Below are positions 28,364-38,162 of a stretch of DNA of 64,000 nt, piece after piece (position 1 is the stretch's first letter; every line of letters starts with the position of its first letter). Below the pieces are notes generated by a model that made no database searches, was not told the origin of the DNA, and was given only the letters and a program-made list of their open reading frames with translations. The position numbers and the translations under genes are program-made. The stretch spans positions 48,201 through 112,200 of the forward strand of contig JBDHHQ010000007.1 in assembly GCA_039589315.1 (NCBI GenBank). Reading direction: 5' to 3'. Origin of the DNA: Gemmatimonadota bacterium (lineage in GTDB: Bacteria; Gemmatimonadota; Gemmatimonadetes; Longimicrobiales; Gaopeijiaceae).

Positions 28364-30046
28364 ATGATCCGCCGAATGTCCCCATTCATTGGCGCCCTCG
28401 GCGCCAGCCTGGTAGTCCTGGCCGCGGGCTTCGACCCGGGAGACGCCCAGGAGGCGGACGCGGTGCGAGAGGTGATCCGCCGGCAAGTCGAACAGATTCG
28501 GTCGGGCGGGGGCCTGGCCATCGGCGATGCTCCCGTGGCCTCGCGCATCGTGCTGCCTCAGCTCTACGAGCAACGGGACTTCCGGCCCGCGTGGACCCGG
28601 GCGAGCGCCCGCCAGGACATGTTCAGGGCCATCGACGACGCCTACCTGGACGGGCTGGACCCCGACGACTATCACCGGGCAAAGCTGCTGGCGCTTCAGG
28701 AGGAGATCGTCTCGGGGGACGCCGGCGCCGAGGCTCGCGCCGACTTCGACATGCTCCTCACGGACGCGCTGGTCCGGCTGGGGTACCACATCCTGTTCGG
28801 AAAGGTGGACCCGGAGCGGCTCGACCCCAACTGGAACCTCGCCGGTGAGCTGGGGCACCTCGACCCGGTGGGGGTGATCCAGGAGGCCATCGACTCCGGG
28901 CGTCTCTACGACGTGGTCGATAGCTACAAGCCCCAGGACCCGTTCTACGTCCAACTCAGGGAGGCATTGGCCACTTATCGGGTCCAGGCAGCGAAGGGCG
29001 GTTGGGAGCCGGTGCCGGAGATCCGGCGCCTCGAGCTGGACAGCGTCGACACGAGAGTGCCGGCCCTCCGTCGGAGACTGGCGGTCACCGGTGACCTGCC
29101 CGAGGACGCGTCCCCGTCCTCAGAGGCGTTCGACGAGGACGTGGAGGAAGCGGTCCGCCGATTCCAGCGGCGGCACGGACTGATCGACGACGGCATCGTA
29201 GGCCGGAACACGGTCGCGGCCATGAACGTGACGGCGGCGGAGCGCGTCGATCAAATCCGCGTCAACCTCGAGCGCAGCCGTTGGATCCTGCGGGAGTTGG
29301 AGGACGACTTCGTCCTGGTCAACATCGCGGGCTTCCAGGTCTACGTCGTCCAGGACCGGGAACCGCTGTGGTCGTCTCGGGTGGTCGTGGGGACCACGTA
29401 CCACAAGAGTCCGGTCTTCAAGGCCGACATGAAGTACCTGGTGTTCAACCCGACCTGGACCGTGCCCCCGGGCATCATCCGCAACGAGATTCTGCCGCGC
29501 CTCAAGCAGGATCCGGGATACCTGGCGGCAAACCACATGACGCTGCTGGATCGCGCAGGGGTCGTTGTCGATCCGAGCACCGTGGACTTCTCGCGGTACA
29601 CCGGGTCGAACTTCCCCTACGTGGTGCGGCAGGAGCCAGGGCCGTGGAATGCCCTCGGTGAGGTGAAGTTCATCTTCCCGAACGAGCACTTCGTCTTCCT
29701 TCACGACACGCCGAGCCGGAGCCTCTTCGGGCGTGAGGTGCGGGCGTTCAGCCACGGCTGCATACGCGTGGAGAATCCCCTCGACCTGGCGGCGGTCCTG
29801 CTCCGGGACAAGGAGGGGTGGGACGATGCGAGGATCGACGCTACGCTGGCGTCCGACGAGATCACGACCGTCTATCTCGACGACCCTCTACCGGTCCTGA
29901 TCCTGTACTGGACGGCGTGGGTCAGCCCGGAGGGCCAGCTCACCTTCTACTCGGACGTGTACGACCGCGACGGCGACGTCCTGGCCGGTCTCGAGCAGGA
30001 CTTCGAGTTCCGGACTCGGCCGGTGTTGGGCGAAGGTGGCCCGTAA
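28364..30046 (+). CDS. ldtD: L,D-transpeptidase, YcbB/LdtD type, with peptidoglycan-binding domain
   Basis: Scaffold domain; AVRRFQRRHGL..DG.VG; NLER.RW; VNIA; NPTWTVP; NALG.VKF.FPN; FLHDTP; FSHGCIRV. Confidence 0.92.
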   Translation: MIRRMSPFIGALGASLVVLAAGFDPGDAQEADAVREVIRRQVEQIRSGGGLAIGDAPVASRIVLPQLYEQRDFRPAWTRASARQDMFRAIDDAYLDGLDPDDYHRAKLLALQEEIVSGDAGAEARADFDMLLTDALVRLGYHILFGKVDPERLDPNWNLAGELGHLDPVGVIQEAIDSGRLYDVVDSYKPQDPFYVQLREALATYRVQAAKGGWEPVPEIRRLELDSVDTRVPALRRRLAVTGDLPEDASPSSEAFDEDVEEAVRRFQRRHGLIDDGIVGRNTVAAMNVTAAERVDQIRVNLERSRWILRELEDDFVLVNIAGFQVYVVQDREPLWSSRVVVGTTYHKSPVFKADMKYLVFNPTWTVPPGIIRNEILPRLKQDPGYLAANHMTLLDRAGVVVDPSTVDFSRYTGSNFPYVVRQEPGPWNALGEVKFIFPNEHFVFLHDTPSRSLFGREVRAFSHGCIRVENPLDLAAVLLRDKEGWDDARIDATLASDEITTVYLDDPLPVLILYWTAWVSPEGQLTFYSDVYDRDGDVLAGLEQDFEFRTRPVLGEGGP

Positions 30047-30190
30047 GTCGAGGGGAACACGCTCCCGACAATCCAAGTATAGCTGCCCACAACGGAGTTG
30101 GGGCGCGGGGCCGCAGGCTCGCGTCCCGGCCTGACCAGGCCCGGCACGATCGGGGCTCGGATGACCGCACCAGATAGAGAGTAGGCGCAC

Positions 30191-31249
30191 GTGGTAGGAA
30201 GGACGAACACCCGGAGAGTCCGGGCAGGCTCTCGCGTCGCCGGCCCGGTGGCGGCACTCCTAGCCGCGACGATGGCACTGGCCCTGACAGCCCACCGTGC
30301 CTCGGCTTCACCGCTCGCTCCAACGGTGGAGCGTGACCCGTCCCTCGAGCCCGCACGGGCGGGATTCCTCGACGCGGATGCCTACAGCCCGGAGCTCGCC
30401 GGCTTCGGTCTCGTGGTGGATGGTCACCCGGTCATGTACAGGGTCTTCGCCGTGACCTCGCTGCCAGGCGACGCCGTCCGACTTCGCCTCGACGGTCCCG
30501 CGGCGGGAGCCACGTACCGCCTCCGCTACGGTCAGGGGCAGGCGTGGACTGCGTCCTCCGAGGAGTGGGAGTGGCTGGCTCCGGACGAGCCCGGTGTCTA
30601 CCCGATCCGGGTCGAAGACGGCGACGGCGACTTCGTGCACCTGAACGTGCTGGTGATGCACGATTGGTCCCACATCGCCGATGGCTCACTCCACGGCTAT
30701 GCCATCGGCTCGTACCGCAGCGAGCCGCTTGGGGGCGATCCCGTGTACTTGCCCCCCGAGGGGTTCGTGGAGGCCACGGCTTTGGACGTCCTGGTGTCCC
30801 CGCACTTCACGCTCGGCCAGTTTCTCTGCAAGCAGCCGGGTGAGCGGCGTTTCCTGGCGCTGAGCGTGCCCCTGGTCAACAAGCTGGAAGCTCTGCTCCA
30901 GGCCGTGAACGAAGCGGGGATCGAGACTTCGTCGTTCCACGTCATGTCGGGTTTCCGCACGCCGGCTTACAATGCGGCCATCGGCAACAAGACGGTCTAC
31001 AGCCGTCACCTGTGGGGAGATGCCGCAGACATCTACGTGGACGTGGACGGGGACCGTCAGATGGACGACCTCAACGGCGATGGCCGGTCCGATGTGGAGG
31101 ACGCCAGGGTCCTGTACGGGCTCGCCGAGGGCCTGGAGCTGGCCGAGGCCCCCACCGTGTCGGACGGTGGGCTGGGCCTGTACAGGCGAAATGCGGCGCA
31201 TGGCCCCTTCGTACACGTCGACGCCCGGGGGCACAGCGCCCGCTGGTAG
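30191..31249 (+). CDS. Peptidase M15A / YcbK-like peptidoglycan endopeptidase
   Basis: SPHFTLGQF, SGFRTPAYN, SRHLWGDAADI, FVHVD zinc motifs; signal peptide. Start uncertain. Confidence 0.85.
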   Translation: MVGRTNTRRVRAGSRVAGPVAALLAATMALALTAHRASASPLAPTVERDPSLEPARAGFLDADAYSPELAGFGLVVDGHPVMYRVFAVTSLPGDAVRLRLDGPAAGATYRLRYGQGQAWTASSEEWEWLAPDEPGVYPIRVEDGDGDFVHLNVLVMHDWSHIADGSLHGYAIGSYRSEPLGGDPVYLPPEGFVEATALDVLVSPHFTLGQFLCKQPGERRFLALSVPLVNKLEALLQAVNEAGIETSSFHVMSGFRTPAYNAAIGNKTVYSRHLWGDAADIYVDVDGDRQMDDLNGDGRSDVEDARVLYGLAEGLELAEAPTVSDGGLGLYRRNAAHGPFVHVDARGHSARW

Positions 31250-32501
31250 AGACGCTCCGCAGGGGCTCGTCCGAAGAGCCCTGAGGCGGGTCGCACCCCT
31301 GGCGGCGCTCCTGGGGGGAACGACCCTTGCCCCCTCCACGGCCCAGGGCCAGCTGCCGGACTGGGCGTTCGACGACGCATACGACTCCGACCTCGTCTTC
31401 ATCCACCCCCTGGCCAACTACAGCCTGAGCCCGCACTGGATCCGTGAGTGGGAGCGGAACCTGGCGAGCCGAAGCAGCGGCCGCACCACCGTCGGGAGCG
31501 TCAACCAGAAGACGGTCTTCAACGACACGCGCGTCCGGATCGACGAGTCTCTGGGTGACAGTCCGTTCCGCTTCCTGTACTCGCTTCGCTGGCTCGGCGG
31601 TGAGCACGTCGACCGGGAGATCCTCCAGCAATTCGTAGGCTTAGAGCTATCCGTCACGGACCTGCTGGGCTTCCACGCGTTGGTGCACCCGACGCCGGAC
31701 AAGGGGGACGTGGACGCGTCGTTCGGCCTCATCGTGGCGGACGCCAGCAGGGAGCGGTTCCTGCGGGCGTCACTCCGCCTGGACGATCTGTTGTACGGAG
31801 ATCGGAATCGGGAGGGCGGAGAGTCCGTGCAGGAGGCAATCTCCGTCCAATGGGAGGGGCGCTACGCCGGGGGACGGTGGGAGCTCTTCACCGAGGGGCT
31901 GTACGGCCGGCCGTCCGAGCGCATGTTTCCGGATACGGTGTCATCGCCTGACGTCGTGGCCCGAACCGACCGGACGAACGGCTCCAGTACTCGCCTCCGT
32001 TGGCTCAGCGGCGAGACGTCCTTCCTGGAGATCGCCCTCGACCATTACAGCTTCGAGGACAGGCAGGCGTGGCGGGACCCGCTCGCCAGCTACACCTACG
32101 AGAACCGGGTCACCGACCTCCTCATCCGTTACGCGTTCCCGCTGGGGCAGGGCCGCTGGCGTGCCTGGCCTGGTGTCCACTGGCTGACCCAGGACGCAGA
32201 CGCCACCGGGCGGGAGGAGCAGGACTTCCGGCGCACCGACGTGATGCCCGCCGTCTTCGTCGAGTACCTGGCTTCGGGCGCCAACTCGTTCGAGCTCGGC
32301 TACATGGGCAGCGCGTCGACTCGAACCCTCCAGTCCGCCGATCCGGAGCAGTCGTTCGACCGGACCGCGTGGGCCGACAAGGTCAAGCTCGGGTGGACGC
32401 ACCGGTTCTCACCGTCGGCGCAGATCCAGTTCTCCCTGAGCCACGAAGTGGCACCTGACCGTTTCGGTGGGGCAAACGTGCAGTTCCTGGCGTTCTTCTA
32501 G
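31191..32501 (+). CDS. Putative outer-membrane beta-barrel protein
   Basis: Signal-like LAALLGGTTLAPSTAQG; alternating aromatic strands; C-terminal NVQFLAFF. Start uncertain; the nearest ATGs overlap the upstream gene. Confidence 0.6.
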   Translation: MRRMAPSYTSTPGGTAPAGRDAPQGLVRRALRRVAPLAALLGGTTLAPSTAQGQLPDWAFDDAYDSDLVFIHPLANYSLSPHWIREWERNLASRSSGRTTVGSVNQKTVFNDTRVRIDESLGDSPFRFLYSLRWLGGEHVDREILQQFVGLELSVTDLLGFHALVHPTPDKGDVDASFGLIVADASRERFLRASLRLDDLLYGDRNREGGESVQEAISVQWEGRYAGGRWELFTEGLYGRPSERMFPDTVSSPDVVARTDRTNGSSTRLRWLSGETSFLEIALDHYSFEDRQAWRDPLASYTYENRVTDLLIRYAFPLGQGRWRAWPGVHWLTQDADATGREEQDFRRTDVMPAVFVEYLASGANSFELGYMGSASTRTLQSADPEQSFDRTAWADKVKLGWTHRFSPSAQIQFSLSHEVAPDRFGGANVQFLAFF

Positions 32502-32551
32502 CGAGACGCCCGATGGCCCAGGCGCACCGCCTCGTAGGGGTGCTCCGACCT

Positions 32552-33046
32552 CTATCGGAGTCGCTTCAAGACCCCATTGCCCAACGCCATCAGCGCGTCG
32601 AACCCGTCGTCCCCCAGGAGCTCCCGGGCCCGCTGTTGGGCACGGCGCCACGCGGGCAGCGCACCTTCGAGCACCCCGGTACCTGCTTCCGTGACCAGCA
32701 GGTAATGGCTCCGGGCATCCTCGCTGGGCTCCGTCGTCAGCCAGCCGTGATCGCACATCCTCCGGACAGTGCGACTCACCGTGGAGCCGTCCATCAGCAG
32801 GCAGTGCTCCAGGGCCGATTGGGTAATCCGTCCGTGAGCCGCTACGACGCCCAGCAAGGTGAGTTGGCCGGTCCGAATCCCCACGTCCCGAAGCTCGTCG
32901 TCATACACGCACGTCACGGCCCGACTCAGCATACGGATTCGGCTGGATGCGCAGCCCCGGGAGATCTCCCGGGCAGTCTCGGACGGCGGGTTGGGGTCGG
33001 CCACGTCCGTGACGGCGACGGGGGACCGGGGGTCGTGATCGGCCAT
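32552..33046 (-). CDS. MarR-family transcriptional regulator
   Basis: CASSRIRMLSRAVT..YD..L...G, MDGSTVSR, EDARS..L.VT..G. Confidence 0.9.
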   Translation of the reverse strand: MADHDPRSPVAVTDVADPNPPSETAREISRGCASSRIRMLSRAVTCVYDDELRDVGIRTGQLTLLGVVAAHGRITQSALEHCLLMDGSTVSRTVRRMCDHGWLTTEPSEDARSHYLLVTEAGTGVLEGALPAWRRAQQRARELLGDDGFDALMALGNGVLKRLR

Positions 33047-33238
33047 GTCGCTCAAAGGATGACGGTGCGGTTCATGTGATATCCGGCCTGCGAGGTGGTA
33101 TGGCGACGAGCGTATACACACGTGTCGCCCGGATGTGGCATCCGGCGGGAGCGTGGTGCCGCTGAGCCGGTGAGAAGGCGGATCGCAGACCGATGCTCGC
33201 AGCCTGGAGAGCCGGAGCCGGGGGATCGAGCCACGCGA

Positions 33239-33715
33239 TCAGAGCACGACCCGTGTGACCTCGCCAGGCCGGACCTCGACCTGCCGGGTCACCATGCCCG
33301 ACGGCGGCGGTCGCGTCGGTGGCTCGGCCGCGCCGTCCTCGGGGTCTCGCACCGGCTCGAGGCGGGGTAGTCCCGTCACGGTCCAGGTTCGCGGGGTGCA
33401 CTCCTCCTTGTATCGTACCGATCTGCCGGGCTGCACGATGCCGAGGTCGTAGGTGCTGCGAGTGTGGATCGTGACGCCCATGGGCACGCCGCTCTGGTTC
33501 ACGATCTCGACTGCACATTCGTTCTCGGCCGGGGGGCCGCCACCGGTCGGCGGCCGGTCGAGGTCGGGGAGGGCCGAGCAGGCCAGGGAGATCGTGCCCA
33601 GCAGCAGGGCGATGCCCGTGCCCAGGCTCCGGGCTCGGAATGTGCGACCCGCACCCAGCCGGGGATAGCGGCCCTGCGCGCAAGCGCGAGATCCCTTAGC
33701 TTTTCCGGGATTCAC
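33239..33715 (-). CDS. Putative small lipoprotein
   Basis: Lipobox LLLGTISLAC followed by a short beta-rich domain (VEIVNQS...DLGIV.PG). Start uncertain. Confidence 0.5.
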   Translation of the reverse strand: MNPGKAKGSRACAQGRYPRLGAGRTFRARSLGTGIALLLGTISLACSALPDLDRPPTGGGPPAENECAVEIVNQSGVPMGVTIHTRSTYDLGIVQPGRSVRYKEECTPRTWTVTGLPRLEPVRDPEDGAAEPPTRPPPSGMVTRQVEVRPGEVTRVVL

Positions 33716-33752
33716 GCCATTCACCCGACTCAACAATCGAAGGAGCGTAGCG

Positions 33753-35096
33753 ATGCGGGCTCTCAGGTTCGCGGCGACGGCCGCGTCCGCTCTGGTGTTG
33801 TCCACGGCGGCCGTGCCCCTCACAGCCCAGTGGAGCGCGGCCAAGCCCGGAAGCGACAACATCGAGGTGTTGGGCCACACCCCCCTTGGCGGACGCCTCA
33901 CGGTGGCGGACATGGAGCTCGAGCAGGAGCTTGACCGGCCGTATGCGTACGTGGCCCGGAACGCGTACGGAGGGCTCGGCCCCAAGGGCACCGACATCGT
34001 CGACCTCTCCGATCCGGAGAAGCCCGCGGTTCTGTACGAGTGGCGGATCGAGAACCAGGACCTCCATCTGCCCAATGGCGGCATGGACGTTAAGTACTTC
34101 AAGCTCGACGGGCGCTACTACGTCGTGCAATCTCTGCAATTCGGCCAGGGTGGCCCCAACCACGACCTCGGCGCCGTGATCCTCGACGTCACCGGCTTGC
34201 CGGATGCGTCTACGGTGCGTGAGGTCGCTCGACTGAGTGAGCCCGACGTGCCCGGCGGCTTCCACAACATCTTCATCTACAAGCACTCGACCGGGAAGAT
34301 CCTGCTGTTCACGACGGTTCGAGGCCCGTACGCCCACGTGTACGACATGGGGCGGGCGGTGAGCGGCGACGTAGACAATGCCTTGATCGCGAGAGTGCCC
34401 GTGCCCACGGGCGCCGAAGGGAGCCGGTCCGGGCGGGGCTATCACGACTTCTACGTCGGGTACCATCCGGAGACGGCCACCGACCGCTTCTACGGCGGTG
34501 GCACCGGCGGATACTACGTCTACGACATCACCGACCTGGACACCCCGGAGATCCTGGTCACCCTGACCGGCATCGACGGCGTCCGCTACGGTCACACGTT
34601 CACGCCGAGCGCAGACGGCCGCTACGTCATCGCCGAGACCGAATACCGATATGCGCCCCTGCGGATCTTCGACCTGAAGCCGGCGCTCGACGGCGAGGTC
34701 AGCAACATCGACGAGCCGATCTCGGCGTGGACGGCGGACTGGAAGAACCTGACCCACAATCACGAGGTCCGCTGGCCCTACGTGTTCGTGTCGGGGTACC
34801 TGGACGGGCTGCAGGTCTTCAGCCTGATGGACCCGGAGAACCCCGTCACGGTGGCGTACTACGACACGTACCTGGGACCGCCCAACACCGACCGCTACTC
34901 CATGTTCAACGGCACGTTCGGCGTCGACGTGCGCAACGAGGACGGCCTGATCGTCGTCAGCGACATGAGCACCGGCATCTGGACCTTCCGCATGGAAGGG
35001 TTCCAGGGCTGGAACGGCGAGCAGTGGGGCGTGCCCGACGTCTCCAGCGTGCAGAAGTGGGACGAAGACATCCGCCGGCCCGTGAGCGATCAATGA
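33753..35096 (+). CDS. LVIVD-repeat beta-propeller protein, secreted
   Basis: Signal peptide; repeats IVDLSDPEKP, ILDVT, VYDITD, IFDL, VFSLMDPENP; His motifs GFHN, GYHD, YGHT, THNH; AAGGAG RBS. Confidence 0.82.
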   Translation: MRALRFAATAASALVLSTAAVPLTAQWSAAKPGSDNIEVLGHTPLGGRLTVADMELEQELDRPYAYVARNAYGGLGPKGTDIVDLSDPEKPAVLYEWRIENQDLHLPNGGMDVKYFKLDGRYYVVQSLQFGQGGPNHDLGAVILDVTGLPDASTVREVARLSEPDVPGGFHNIFIYKHSTGKILLFTTVRGPYAHVYDMGRAVSGDVDNALIARVPVPTGAEGSRSGRGYHDFYVGYHPETATDRFYGGGTGGYYVYDITDLDTPEILVTLTGIDGVRYGHTFTPSADGRYVIAETEYRYAPLRIFDLKPALDGEVSNIDEPISAWTADWKNLTHNHEVRWPYVFVSGYLDGLQVFSLMDPENPVTVAYYDTYLGPPNTDRYSMFNGTFGVDVRNEDGLIVVSDMSTGIWTFRMEGFQGWNGEQWGVPDVSSVQKWDEDIRRPVSDQ

Positions 35097-35611
35097 TCGG
35101 GCTGCTGACGCTCGCGCTCGCCGCGGTCCCGGCGGCCGACTCGCCCACATGCGTGGCCGACCCGGAGCCGCCGACCTACTACGACTTCCCCCTGGTGTCG
35201 ACCAGGCGGGTGCCGGGCACCGGTCCCGCCACGGGCGTGGGGCGCGTGACCTTTGCCGCGTCTCCCTTCGGCGTGGCTCTGGCCGCTGACGGGAGCTACC
35301 TCCTGGACGTTTGGCTGTCGTTCGAACGGCTGCGGCTGCCCCCCGAGGGAGAGCTCGTCGTGTGGTTCACCACGCCGGCGCTGGACAGGGTCGTGCGCGC
35401 CGGCACGCTCGACGAGACGCTGCGCTTCTCCGGCCAGGTCCGTTGGAACAAGTTCCTGGTCGTCGTGACGCTGGAGACCGACCCTGACCCGTCGGCCGAG
35501 GTGTGGCGGGGTCCCATCGTCATCCGCGGCATGTCTCGGAGCGGCATGATGCACACCATGGCGGGGCATGGGCCGTTCGAGAAGGAGAACTGTGCCAGCT
35601 TCGGGTACTAG
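35093..35611 (+). CDS. Small secreted protein with a C-terminal Met/His motif
   Basis: ATGA overlap; signal MIGLLTLALAAVPA; ends RGMSRSGMMHTMAGHGPFEKENCASFGY. Confidence 0.72.
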   Translation: MIGLLTLALAAVPAADSPTCVADPEPPTYYDFPLVSTRRVPGTGPATGVGRVTFAASPFGVALAADGSYLLDVWLSFERLRLPPEGELVVWFTTPALDRVVRAGTLDETLRFSGQVRWNKFLVVVTLETDPDPSAEVWRGPIVIRGMSRSGMMHTMAGHGPFEKENCASFGY

Positions 35612-35672
35612 CGTGATGGCGCCTCGCCGCGGTGGTGCGACGCCGGGGGGGAAGCAGGGACGGGGGGCGGCA

Positions 35673-37529
35673 ATGAGTCCTTTGGCACGGCGTTCTGGGG
35701 GGCAACGGGCCCTGTTGTCGGCTGCGCTTCTCGCCGTAAGCGCCCTGTGGGGCGTACCCCTGGCCGGGCAGCACGAGGGGATGCACCACGGCGGGGGGGA
35801 CGGCGAGTGGCGCATGCCGCCGATGGCGGCGGACATGCCCATGCTTCCGGGGTTGGAGGGCGCGCTTCCGCCGGTCGACCCCTTCCTGGCGGCGGCCGGG
35901 GTGGATCCCATGTCCCTCCCGGAGGCTCGGCCTTCCGAGGCCGTCACCCTGGGCGACGGCGACACCCTGGCCGTGACTGTGTCCCTGGTGCGGCGGACCC
36001 TGCAGGGGCACACGCTGGCCATGTACGGCTACAACGGCCAGCACCCGGGCCCCCTCATCCGCGCGGACCGGGGGAGCACAGTCGTGGTCCGGGTGACCAA
36101 CGACATCCAGCTGCCCACCACCGTGCACTGGCACGGGATCCGCATCGACAACCGGTTCGACGGGGTCCCGGGTCTGACGCAGGATCCCATCGGCCCGGGC
36201 GAGAGCTTCACCTACGAGATCCGCGTGCCGGACGCCGGCATGTTCTGGTACCATCCCCACGTCCGCGAGGACGTGCAGCAGGACCTGGGCTTGTACGGCA
36301 ATCTCCTGGTGGTGCCCTCCGACCCGGAGTACTACGGGCCGGCACACCGCGAGGAGCTCCTGGTCCTCGACGACCTGCTCATGGACGCCGACGGCCTGAT
36401 CCCGTGGGGCGAACAGGCGCCGACGCACGCCCTCATGGGCCGCTTCGGGAACGTGATGCTGGTGAACGGGTCGCCGGAGGCTGCCCTCACGGTGAGGCGA
36501 GGTGAGGTGATCCGCTTCTACCTCACCAACGTCGCTAATTCCAGGACGTTCAACGTCGCCTTCGGAGGCGCCCGGGTGAAGCTGCTGGCCTCTGACGTCA
36601 GCAAGTTCGAGCGCGAGGCCTGGGTGGCCAGCGTCCCCATCGCGCCCGCCGAGCGGTACGTGGTGGACGCCCGATTCGAGGAGCCGGGCCAGGTGGCCAT
36701 CACCAACACCATCCAGGCCATCAACCACTTCAGGGGCGAGTTCTTCCCCCACGTGGACACCCTGGTTCGCGTCGTCGTCGAGGACGATGCTCCGGAAGCC
36801 GACCTCGGTGCCGAGTTCGAGGTCCTCCGCGAGAACGGAGACGTGGTGGCGGATGTGGATCGCTTCCGCCCCTTCTTCGACCGGCCGGTGGATCATGAGC
36901 TGGTGACCACGGTCCGGGTGCGGGACCTCCCGCTGCCCATCGTACGCTCCATGGAGATCGACACATTGTACGTGCCGCCCATGGAGTGGAACGACGCCAT
37001 GCCCATGATGAACTGGCTGTCCACGGCCGAGCAGGTAACGTGGATTCTGCAGGACCCGGAGAGCGGTGCAGAGAACGGCGACATCCATTGGGAGTTCGAG
37101 CAAGGGGACCTGGTGAAGATCCGGGTCTTCAACGACCCGGAGTCGTTCCACCCCATGAACCATCCCATCCACATCCACGGACAGCGGTACCTGGTCCTGA
37201 CCCGCGACGGGGTGCCGAACGACAACCTGGCGTGGAAGGACACGGCGATCCTCCCGGTCGGCTCGACCATGGACCTCCTGGTGGAGATGTCCAACCCGGG
37301 TGACTGGATGGTCCACTGTCACATCGCCGAGCACCTCCACGCCGGCATGATGTTCCACTTCACCGTCCACCCGGGCGACGAGGGCGACGAGGGTGGGAGC
37401 GACGCGGCCGGGGGAGAAAGCGCAGTCGGCGATGGGGGCCAAAGCGCAGTCGACGACGGGGGCCAAAGCGAAGCCGGCGCCAGGGGTGACGGTGAGGACG
37501 TCGACCGGGGCACGGAGGAGCGGACGTGA
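35673..37529 (+). CDS. Multicopper oxidase (three-domain, laccase/CueO-like)
   Basis: All four Cu motifs present: HWHG, WYHPH, HPIHIHG, HCHIAEHLHAGMM. Met/His-rich N-terminus. Confidence 0.95.
   Translation: MSPLARRSGGQRALLSAALLAVSALWGVPLAGQHEGMHHGGGDGEWRMPPMAADMPMLPGLEGALPPVDPFLAAAGVDPMSLPEARPSEAVTLGDGDTLAVTVSLVRRTLQGHTLAMYGYNGQHPGPLIRADRGSTVVVRVTNDIQLPTTVHWHGIRIDNRFDGVPGLTQDPIGPGESFTYEIRVPDAGMFWYHPHVREDVQQDLGLYGNLLVVPSDPEYYGPAHREELLVLDDLLMDADGLIPWGEQAPTHALMGRFGNVMLVNGSPEAALTVRRGEVIRFYLTNVANSRTFNVAFGGARVKLLASDVSKFEREAWVASVPIAPAERYVVDARFEEPGQVAITNTIQAINHFRGEFFPHVDTLVRVVVEDDAPEADLGAEFEVLRENGDVVADVDRFRPFFDRPVDHELVTTVRVRDLPLPIVRSMEIDTLYVPPMEWNDAMPMMNWLSTAEQVTWILQDPESGAENGDIHWEFEQGDLVKIRVFNDPESFHPMNHPIHIHGQRYLVLTRDGVPNDNLAWKDTAILPVGSTMDLLVEMSNPGDWMVHCHIAEHLHAGMMFHFTVHPGDEGDEGGSDAAGGESAVGDGGQSAVDDGGQSEAGARGDGEDVDRGTEERT
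37417..37479 (+). repeat. 24-bp tandem repeat (about 2.6 copies) in the oxidase tail
   Basis: aaagcgcagtcggcgatgggggcc / aaagcgcagtcgacgacgggggcc / aaagcgaagccggcg. Confidence 0.85.
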
Positions 37530-38131
37530 GCGGCGTCCGACACATGGCGCCCCTGGCGCTGGCCGTCTGGGGACTCCTCTCCGCGTCGGGTGACGCACGA
37601 GGTCAAGTCGACAGCGGGCCGTGGCAGGACGACTTCTTGGCCGCCGGAGTCCTCGGCGCCTGGGAGGGGGACGGCGTCGTCTACGGCAACCCGGTGACCC
37701 TGGAGCGGACCTGGTCCCTCGAGCTGGCCGGCCAGTTCCTCCATGTCGACATGGGCGTCCGGATGACGAACGGCCTGACGTTTCGCGCGCTCGTGTATTG
37801 GACGGCGACAGGCGCACATCGCTACGAGGCGGTGTGGCTCGACGAGCTGGGGCGGACCCGCCGGTCGGAGGCCACGGGAGACCCGGACCAGGAGGTCGTA
37901 ACCAGCTATTACCTGGAGGACACCCCTGGAGACGGGCCCGACGAGGCCCCGGGCTGGATGAGGATGACGATCCGGATCACGGGACCCTCCACCTACGTGG
38001 AGACTCTCCACCGGGAGACGCCCGACGGATGGGAGGAGGTCGGCCGATTCTCGTTCAGGCGCCGGGGAACGTCCGGGACCGACCAGCCCCATCCCCCCGC
38101 CTCTGAACCGATTTCGGCCTGCGATCCGTAG
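37526..38131 (+). CDS. Secreted DUF1579/lipocalin-like barrel protein
   Basis: GTGA overlap; signal peptide; LGAWEGDG, W.LELAGQFL, Y...W.D.LG. Confidence 0.6.
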   Translation: MSGVRHMAPLALAVWGLLSASGDARGQVDSGPWQDDFLAAGVLGAWEGDGVVYGNPVTLERTWSLELAGQFLHVDMGVRMTNGLTFRALVYWTATGAHRYEAVWLDELGRTRRSEATGDPDQEVVTSYYLEDTPGDGPDEAPGWMRMTIRITGPSTYVETLHRETPDGWEEVGRFSFRRRGTSGTDQPHPPASEPISACDP

Positions 38132-38162
38132 AGAAGGCGTACCCACCGGAAAGGAGACGCCC

